Shown here one piece after another: positions 57,297 to 64,000 of a DNA stretch of 64,000 bases (position 1 is its first letter; every line of letters begins with the position of its first letter). A program made the position numbers and the translations under genes. The notes beneath the pieces are model-generated. The model was given only the letters and a program-made list of their open reading frames with translations, made no database searches and was not told where the DNA came from. This DNA comes from a bacterium (GTDB taxonomy: Bacteria > Patescibacteriota > Minisyncoccia > Phycocordibacterales > CAIZLB01), in NCBI GenBank assembly GCA_031411135.1, contig JANOAN010000006.1, positions 272 to 64,271 of the forward strand, in the 5' to 3' direction.

Positions 57297-57968
57297 ATGA
57301 ACCAAGAAATCCGTATTATCACGGATATTTTTGCAGAACTTGGGTTTGTGGTCGCTAATGGTCCAGAATTGGAGACCGAATTTTATAATTTCGATGCACT
57401 GAACATTCCGGCGGATCACCCAGCACGAGACATGCAGGATACTTTTTGGGTTAAGGGTGAAAAAGGAGAAGAGAGGAAGTTGTTGAGGACTCACACTTCA
57501 AATGTGCAGATTAGATTCATGCAAGCGAATACTCCACCGTACGGAATGCTTGCTCCTGGAAAAGTTTATCGAAACGAAGCAACTGATGCGACTCACGAAG
57601 CACAATTCCACCAAGTTGAAGGAATGTATATAAATAAAAAAGTTTCAATGAAAGATTTAAAAGGGACTTTGGAATACTTTTTCAAAAAATATTATGGAGA
57701 GGATGCAAAGATCAGATTTAGACCAAGCTTTTTTCCATTCGTAGAACCGGGTGTTGAGGTTGATGTTTTGTTTAAAGGAAAATGGTTGGAGGTCATGGGT
57801 GCTGGACTTATGCATCCAAAAGTTTTAAAGGCAGGTGGAGTTGATTCGACTGAATGGAGTGGTTTTGCTTTCGGCATGGGATTTGATCGAATTATCATGA
57901 TCAAATACGGAATTGATGATGTTAGATATTTGTATTCGGGGGACTTAAGATTTACAAGACAATTTTAA
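57297..57968 (+). CDS. pheS: phenylalanine--tRNA ligase alpha subunit, catalytic core only (no N-terminal domain)
   Basis: ITDIFAELGFVVANGPELETEFYNFDALNIPADHPARDMQDTFW corresponds to E. coli PheS from about residue 105 onward. Class II motifs 2/3 present (FRPSFFPFVEPG, GAGLMHPKVL). Confidence 0.8.
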   Translation: MNQEIRIITDIFAELGFVVANGPELETEFYNFDALNIPADHPARDMQDTFWVKGEKGEERKLLRTHTSNVQIRFMQANTPPYGMLAPGKVYRNEATDATHEAQFHQVEGMYINKKVSMKDLKGTLEYFFKKYYGEDAKIRFRPSFFPFVEPGVEVDVLFKGKWLEVMGAGLMHPKVLKAGGVDSTEWSGFAFGMGFDRIIMIKYGIDDVRYLYSGDLRFTRQF

Positions 57969-57972
57969 AAAC

Positions 57973-59916
57973 ATGAAAGTATCGCGCAATTGGCTACAAA
58001 ATTATGTCAGTAAACCGATCCCTAAAGGGGAAGCTTTTTTTGATTTGTTGTCTTTAAATATTTTTGAAGTTGAAGGTCATGAGGTCATAGGAGATAACGA
58101 AGTGTTTGATGTAAAAGTATTAGCAGATAGAAATGCATATTGTTTGTCACACCGTGGAATTGCACGAGAGGTTGCGATTTTAATTGGAGCGGACTATAAA
58201 GTTCCTGAATTTTTAAATACACCAGTTGCCGTCTCAAACAATGTGACACTTCCTGAAATTAAAATTGAAAGTGATATTTGTCGAAAATATCTATCTCGAA
58301 AAATAAATGGAATTACAGTTACAGCCTCCCCAGATTGGTTAAAGGGCGGACTTGAGGCGCTTGGACAGCGATCAATTAATTCAATAGTGGATATGACTAA
58401 TTACGTCATGATGGATTCGGGACAACCCTTACATGCTTTTGATGCTGATTTAGTAAGAGGAAATATTGTGGTGCGAATGGCAAAGGAAGGCGAGATGGTT
58501 ACCACATTGGATAATAAAGAAATAAAACTTGATTCAAAAACATTGGTGATTGCTGACGATGAAGGGGTGCTTGCTATTGCTGGAGTGAAGGGTGGGAATC
58601 ATGCGGGGGTTACAATGGCAACAAAAAATATTATTTTGGAATCAGCAAACTTCATGCCAGCTGAAATTAGAAAAACTACTGTAAAGGTAAATATTCGAAA
58701 TGAATCATCAAAGAGATTTGAAAATGACTTACCACTTGAATTCGCGAATGTGGGATTAAATGATCTTTCACTATTAATTGCAGAAGCAAACCCGAAGGCA
58801 GAATTTGGTCCGATTTTCAATTATGGTCCTGATATAGATGAAGCAAAAATTGTTGAAACAACAATCGATTTTATTCGAGAGTGCATAGGTATTGAAATCT
58901 CTAATGATGAGATAATTTCAATTCTAAAAAAATGCGATATGCAGGTCGAGGGTAATTTGAAAGTAACCGCTCCAACATACCGACGTGACATTAATATTCC
59001 ACAGGATTTGGCCGAAGAGGTTGGACGTATTTATGGCTATGAAAAGATTACAGATTCAAAACCAGTTAAAATTGAAACATCTTTACAAAATGATAATGAA
59101 TTTACCACTGCAGAATACATTAGAGATTTGCTTGTCGAAATTGGATTTGATGAAATTATTGGATATGCACTTCGTGAAGATGGAGATTTTGTACTGGAGA
59201 TGCCATTGTCAAAAGACAAAAGTACTCTGAGAAAGACACTTGTAAATTCAATGAATGAATACATCGAATCAAACAGTAGATATTTGGATCTATTAGGAAT
59301 TAAGCAGGCCAAGGTTTTCGAAATTTCTAGAATTTTTCCGCATGATGGAGAGAGAACAGTTTTGTCACTTGGGGTGATTAATCAAAAGGGTCCTGAGAAA
59401 CCGCATATTGTGATTGTAAATGCTTTGAAGTATTTAACAGACAATGGAATAATTGTTGATGCATCAGTTGATGTAAAAATAAATGAAGTTACAGCGACAG
59501 AATCAAAAATTGTGTTTGATAGAAAAATGGAACTTTGTTTATCGCCTGACTTAGATATTGGAAAAATGAGTATTGATGGGGATCATAAGAAGATTTTTGA
59601 GAAAGAGAAAAAAACATTGATAAAATTTAAAAAGATTTCTGCCTTTCCATTTGCGACGAGAGATGTGGCGATTTTGGGTCCGGGTACAGAAAAGGAGGTT
59701 TATGATTTGATTGTTGATATTGCTAAGAAAACAATTGGTGAGGAAAATTTTGTACGAGCGACTTTGTTTGATGTGTTTACTAAGGAGGGGAAAACATCGT
59801 ATGCGTTTAGGTTGGTCTTTCAGTCACAGAGTGAAACATTGAAGGATGAGGTGATGGATGGGGTTCTAAAGAGTGTTAATGAGGCGGTTGTGAATAAGGG
59901 CTGGGTTGTAAGGTGA
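57973..59916 (+). CDS. pheT: phenylalanine--tRNA ligase beta subunit (short form)
   Basis: 647 aa. B3/B4 and B5-like regions (HAFDAD, GVKGG), C-terminal FDVF. Immediately follows pheS. Confidence 0.75.
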   Translation: MKVSRNWLQNYVSKPIPKGEAFFDLLSLNIFEVEGHEVIGDNEVFDVKVLADRNAYCLSHRGIAREVAILIGADYKVPEFLNTPVAVSNNVTLPEIKIESDICRKYLSRKINGITVTASPDWLKGGLEALGQRSINSIVDMTNYVMMDSGQPLHAFDADLVRGNIVVRMAKEGEMVTTLDNKEIKLDSKTLVIADDEGVLAIAGVKGGNHAGVTMATKNIILESANFMPAEIRKTTVKVNIRNESSKRFENDLPLEFANVGLNDLSLLIAEANPKAEFGPIFNYGPDIDEAKIVETTIDFIRECIGIEISNDEIISILKKCDMQVEGNLKVTAPTYRRDINIPQDLAEEVGRIYGYEKITDSKPVKIETSLQNDNEFTTAEYIRDLLVEIGFDEIIGYALREDGDFVLEMPLSKDKSTLRKTLVNSMNEYIESNSRYLDLLGIKQAKVFEISRIFPHDGERTVLSLGVINQKGPEKPHIVIVNALKYLTDNGIIVDASVDVKINEVTATESKIVFDRKMELCLSPDLDIGKMSIDGDHKKIFEKEKKTLIKFKKISAFPFATRDVAILGPGTEKEVYDLIVDIAKKTIGEENFVRATLFDVFTKEGKTSYAFRLVFQSQSETLKDEVMDGVLKSVNEAVVNKGWVVR

Positions 59917-59974
59917 TTCTGGGTATATGGGCTTGTGGTAACACCCCTTGATAGTTAGTGATATAATATTTTGT

Positions 59975-61861
59975 ATGGCGCAAACCGATAAAGAAATCGA
60001 GATGTCTCAAAAAATAACTACAAGCGATGAGAAAGCTTTTCTAGAATCAATTATTGAGAATATTCCCGATATGGTTTTTGTTAAAGATGCAAAAGATCTG
60101 AAGTTTTTAAAATTCAATAAAGCCGGTGAAGATCTCCTTGGTTATAAGAGGTCTGATCTTTTGGGAAAAAGTGATTATGATTTTTTTCCAAAAAAAGAAG
60201 CCGATTTCTTTATAGAAAAGGATAGGGCTGTGCTTGATAGTAATGAAATACTTGATATTCCTGAAGAGATAATTAAAACCACGCATGGAGAAAGAATACT
60301 CCACACCAAGAAAATCAGCATTAGAAATAGTGAGGGTAAGCCAGAGTACCTTCTCGGTATATCAGAAGACATCACTTTAAGAAAAGATCTTTCTAAGAAA
60401 ATAAAAGAAGTATCAGAAAAGCAGTCTGTTACACTAGGATTCCTTCAGGATTTTATCGAGAACTCAACTGATAGAATCGTTTTTGTCGATAAAGATAGTA
60501 AGGTTGTCGTGTATAACACAGCTTATAGAGATGAAGTAAAAAAGATTTTTGGAACAGAGATGTCAACAGGTATTACCTTTAATGAGTTAATGGGTGCTGC
60601 TCCGAAGGATCAAATTGATGGTGTTAGTGCACTCTGGAAAAGGGCCCTAGAGGGAGAAAAGTTTAGTATTTTTCAAAAATTCGGGAGTGACCAGTACACC
60701 TATAATTACTATGTAATTACGTTTTATCCACTAAAGAACAAGGAAGGGCAAATCATGGGAGCAATGCATGTTGGTCAAAATATTAATGAGCACAAACAAG
60801 ATAAGGCAATTCTTGAAAGTCTAGGAGAAGGTGTGATTGTTACGGATCATCTTGGTAAAATAATGATGATTAATCCAAAAGCCTTAGAATTGATAGGTGT
60901 TAACAAAGACAGTGAATTGATAGGAAAACAACTTCTTGAATCGGTAAAGGTACTAGATTCTAAAGGGGTCATGATTCCAGCTGAAACTAGATTTAATAGT
61001 ACAAACTCAACAAATCGTGCGTCTGTGTCCAATATATACTTTTATGTTAGAAAAGATGGGTCAAAATTTCCGGCCGTATCGACCATTACTCCAGTAAAGG
61101 TGGATAACAACCTAGCTGGAACTGTGGAAATATTTCGCGATATCAGTAAGGAACAGGCTTTTGAAAAAACAAAAAATGAATTTTTGTCACTCGTCTCACA
61201 TGAATTACGTACCCCCCTCACAATTGCAAACTGGTATGCTGAAGCATATTTCAAATCCATCGACTCAATTGACTTAGCCAAGCAGAAAGAATATGTAGGA
61301 GAGATTCGAAAAGCACTAGAGCATGTCAATGAAATTGTGGGTGCAATATTACAAATATCGCAGATCGAGCTTGGAAAAATAAAATTAGAAAAAACAAACC
61401 TAGATATTGTTGCACTGACAGGTGAAATAGTTCATGGATTTATTTTAGAATCACAACAGAGCGGTTTACTAATTAAGACGGACTTCGGCGGTCCTTCTTT
61501 AAGATGTTTGGTCAGTAAAAATCTCTTTACCATTGTGTTAAATAATCTTATCTCTAATGCTATAAAGTACAGCAAATCTAATGGGGAAATAAACATAAAA
61601 ATAAACCTTGAGAAGGATAGTTTGGTTATGGAAGTGAAGGATCATGGCTGTGGAATACCCGAGATCGACCAGGAAAAGATATTTACAAAGTTGTTCAGAG
61701 CTGAAAATGCAAAAGAATTAAAAGTGAGCGGCACAGGGCTTGGTCTCTATATCACTAAGTTGTTTCTTGAACAGGTGAAAGGTGAGATTTGGTTTTCTTC
61801 AATTGAAAACGAGGGTACGACTTTCTATGTCAAAATACCGATTAGTCCAGGTTCAAGTTAG
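59975..61861 (+). CDS. PAS-domain sensor histidine kinase
   Basis: Multiple PAS-like segments. HisKA H-box SHELRTPLT. HATPase_c N/G boxes (NLISNAIKYS, GTGLGLYI). Start trimmed to the ATG at 59975, which has TGATATAAT 7 nt upstream. Confidence 0.75.
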   Translation: MAQTDKEIEMSQKITTSDEKAFLESIIENIPDMVFVKDAKDLKFLKFNKAGEDLLGYKRSDLLGKSDYDFFPKKEADFFIEKDRAVLDSNEILDIPEEIIKTTHGERILHTKKISIRNSEGKPEYLLGISEDITLRKDLSKKIKEVSEKQSVTLGFLQDFIENSTDRIVFVDKDSKVVVYNTAYRDEVKKIFGTEMSTGITFNELMGAAPKDQIDGVSALWKRALEGEKFSIFQKFGSDQYTYNYYVITFYPLKNKEGQIMGAMHVGQNINEHKQDKAILESLGEGVIVTDHLGKIMMINPKALELIGVNKDSELIGKQLLESVKVLDSKGVMIPAETRFNSTNSTNRASVSNIYFYVRKDGSKFPAVSTITPVKVDNNLAGTVEIFRDISKEQAFEKTKNEFLSLVSHELRTPLTIANWYAEAYFKSIDSIDLAKQKEYVGEIRKALEHVNEIVGAILQISQIELGKIKLEKTNLDIVALTGEIVHGFILESQQSGLLIKTDFGGPSLRCLVSKNLFTIVLNNLISNAIKYSKSNGEINIKINLEKDSLVMEVKDHGCGIPEIDQEKIFTKLFRAENAKELKVSGTGLGLYITKLFLEQVKGEIWFSSIENEGTTFYVKIPISPGSS

Positions 61862-61907
61862 GAAAGATTATTATTTATTAAAAGAGTATAAAAACATATA
61901 ATATAAA

Positions 61908-62291
61908 ATGAATAATAATAAAAAAGTTTTACTTGTCGTCGAAGATGAAGAGCCGATTCTTCGTGTTTTGTCAGAACAATTAAGAAGTGAAGGTTTTGAA
62001 GTCCTAGAAGCGGTCAACGGAGAGGTTGGACTAAAACTTGCTCTTGAAAAACATCCCGACTTCATACTGGTTGATCTGCTTATGCCAAAAATGGGAGGAC
62101 TTGAAATGATAGAAGAACTCCGTGAGGATCCTTGGGGTGAAAAAGCCCCGACAGCTATCCTAACAAACCTTACAGGTCTAGAGCCAGTTAGTGAGGGTTT
62201 GAAATTAAAAACCTACGATTATTTGATCAAGTCAGATTGGAGTATGGAAAATATAATTGGGTATATTAAGGAAAAGCTTGGAGTTAAATAG
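61908..62291 (+). CDS. response regulator, receiver domain only (CheY-like)
   Basis: KVLLVVEDEEPILRVL...FILVDLLMPKMGG has the phospho-acceptor Asp context. 127 aa with no output domain. Confidence 0.75.
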   Translation: MNNNKKVLLVVEDEEPILRVLSEQLRSEGFEVLEAVNGEVGLKLALEKHPDFILVDLLMPKMGGLEMIEELREDPWGEKAPTAILTNLTGLEPVSEGLKLKTYDYLIKSDWSMENIIGYIKEKLGVK

Positions 62292-62351
62292 GGGGTGGTT
62301 TAAAACAACACATATAACTACATTTGTACACGTGCTTGAAAGTACTAAAAA

Positions 62352-62360
62352 TGCTATAAT
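62352..62360 (+). promoter_or_regulatory. extended -10 element (TGCTATAAT) 12 nt upstream of gyrB ATG
   Basis: Read directly from the sequence. No well-spaced -35. Confidence 0.45.
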
Positions 62361-62372
62361 CCCCCTACAAAT

Positions 62373-64000
62373 ATGCCCAAAGATTCCGCAAAGAAAGCAG
62401 TCTACGACGCTTCGAATATCACCGTCCTCGAAGGTCTAGAACCGGTTCGTAAACGACCTGGTATGTACATCGGTACCACAGGTCCCGATGGTCTACACCA
62501 TTTGATTCATGAAATTTTTGATAACTCTAGAGACGAGGCTATGGCCGGACGATGTTCTCGAATTGAGGTTGCACTTCTTCCTGATGGATATGTTCGAGTA
62601 GTTGATAACGGAAATGGAATCCCAGTTGGAATTCACCCAAAGACAAAAGTTTCTGCTCTTGAGACAATTATGACAGTCCTTCACGCCGGAGGAAAATTCG
62701 ATAATGATGCTTATAAGGTGTCCGGAGGTTTGCACGGAGTGGGTGCGTCTGTGGTAAACGCTTTGTCAGTTCACACCAAGGTTACAGTTCATCAAGACGG
62801 TGGAATTCACGAGCAAGAATACAAAATCGGAAAGCCACAATACAAGGTAAAGAAAATCGGTTCTTCAAAAGAACATGGAACAGTTGTAATGTTCAAGGCT
62901 GATGAAACTATTTTCAAGGAAGGTGTTGTTTATAATTTCGATCGTGTCGTTAATCATTTGCGACAGCAAGCATATTTAGTGAAGGCGCTTGAAATCAATG
63001 TTTTGGATGCACGACAGGCAGATGCTGGTTTAGTAAATGAATTGTTGGAAGACAATATAATGTTCTTGAAGGATGAGGATGTTTTGGATGTGCCTTCAAT
63101 GACTTTCTATTTCGAAGGAGGACTTAGATCATTGGTTGCTTTCTACAACCACTCTCAGAAAACACTACATAAAAATATTTTTTATGTTGAAAAGGAAGCA
63201 GACAAAGTGCAGGTAGAAGTCGCATTACAATACATTGATGATGTGTCTTCAAAAATTGTGGCGTTTGCGAACAATACATATAACTCGGAAGGCGGAACGC
63301 ACGTTGCCGGATTTAAAACTGCTTTAACAAGAATTTTGAATAGTTATGCCAAGAAAAATAATTTCGTAAAAGAGGGAAGTGATGACAGCTTTACCGGAGA
63401 GGACGTGCAGGAAGGATTGGTTGCAGTTGTGTCTGTTAAATTGCCCGAGATACAATTTGAAGGTCAAACAAAAGCAAAATTGGGTTCAACAGAAGCGCAG
63501 GGTGCCACATCTACTGTCTTTGGACAGGCGTTCTCTGATTACTTGGAGGAATATCCAGAAGATGCGAAGGCAATTGTCAACAAGGCAATCCTAGCCGTTC
63601 GTGCACGAAAAGCTGCCAAGGCTGCTAAAGATTCAATCCTACGAAAGGGTGCCCTTGAAGGTATGACGCTTCCTGGAAAATTGGCTGATTGTCAGTCAAA
63701 CAAAGCCGAAGAATCTGAACTATTCATTGTGGAGGGAGATTCTGCGGGAGGTACTGCAAAGATGGGACGCGATCGACGTACGCAGGCGGTTCTGCCACTT
63801 CGAGGAAAGATTTTAAACATTGAACGGGCGCGACTTGATAAAATGCTTGCATCAGAGCAAGTGAAAAATTTGGTAATTGCACTTGGAACTGCAATCGGAG
63901 ATAGTTTTAATATTGAAAAATTGCGATATCACAAAGTTATCATCGCAACCGATGCCGATATCGACGGAGCACACATTCGAACCCTGATTTTGACTTTGCT
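62373..64000 (+). CDS. gyrB: DNA gyrase subunit B (5' partial, runs off the window end)
   Basis: VLEGLEPVRKRPGMYIGTTGPDGLHHLIHEIFDNSRDEAMAG ... GLHGVGASVVNALS ... toprim EGDSAGG. Not in the track because there is no stop inside the window. Confidence 0.9.
   Translation, partial: MPKDSAKKAVYDASNITVLEGLEPVRKRPGMYIGTTGPDGLHHLIHEIFDNSRDEAMAGRCSRIEVALLPDGYVRVVDNGNGIPVGIHPKTKVSALETIMTVLHAGGKFDNDAYKVSGGLHGVGASVVNALSVHTKVTVHQDGGIHEQEYKIGKPQYKVKKIGSSKEHGTVVMFKADETIFKEGVVYNFDRVVNHLRQQAYLVKALEINVLDARQADAGLVNELLEDNIMFLKDEDVLDVPSMTFYFEGGLRSLVAFYNHSQKTLHKNIFYVEKEADKVQVEVALQYIDDVSSKIVAFANNTYNSEGGTHVAGFKTALTRILNSYAKKNNFVKEGSDDSFTGEDVQEGLVAVVSVKLPEIQFEGQTKAKLGSTEAQGATSTVFGQAFSDYLEEYPEDAKAIVNKAILAVRARKAAKAAKDSILRKGALEGMTLPGKLADCQSNKAEESELFIVEGDSAGGTAKMGRDRRTQAVLPLRGKILNIERARLDKMLASEQVKNLVIALGTAIGDSFNIEKLRYHKVIIATDADIDGAHIRTLILTL

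Overview
AT-rich bacterial chromosomal window of about 64 kb, roughly 35-38% GC by eye. It starts inside a 16S rRNA gene, covering roughly the last 640 nt. Nearly all genes are short, tightly packed and lack Shine-Dalgarno sequences. The content suggests a reduced-genome, possibly episymbiotic Patescibacteria/CPR-like organism; this is inference only. The window holds core housekeeping and minimal central-carbon genes: pyk, pgl-like, rsmI, secA, obg, gatB, gap-rpiB-rpe-split tkt, a PfkB kinase, fba, rplY, rpmE, prfA, rpsB-tsf, pheST, a PAS histidine kinase with a receiver protein, and gyrB (partial). There are two tRNAs (Ile-GAT, Thr-TGT). A roughly 20-kb cell-surface glycan biosynthesis supercluster spans 8813-28509, with a second exopolysaccharide-like module at 53927-57215. 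Four sharply GC-rich islands are embedded in the AT-rich background: a dGTPase-family HD hydrolase, an unknown ORF upstream of a soluble VirD4/TraG-like ATPase, a 2H phosphoesterase, and an SD-led micro-peptide plus an unknown 150-aa protein. Other notable points are a solitary MazF/PemK-like gene wedged between the 16S and tRNA-Ile, a HigB/Gp49-like toxin with a truncated antitoxin between prfA and rpsB, a 16S 3' tail without CCUCC, and a recurrent extended -10 box sitting 6-12 nt from start codons, which points to leaderless translation. No CRISPR array, integrase or transposase was seen. TGA is used as a stop, so the standard bacterial code applies. The ORF track uses alternative starts (TTG/GTG) and often over-extends N-termini; starts were trimmed where the sequence supports it.
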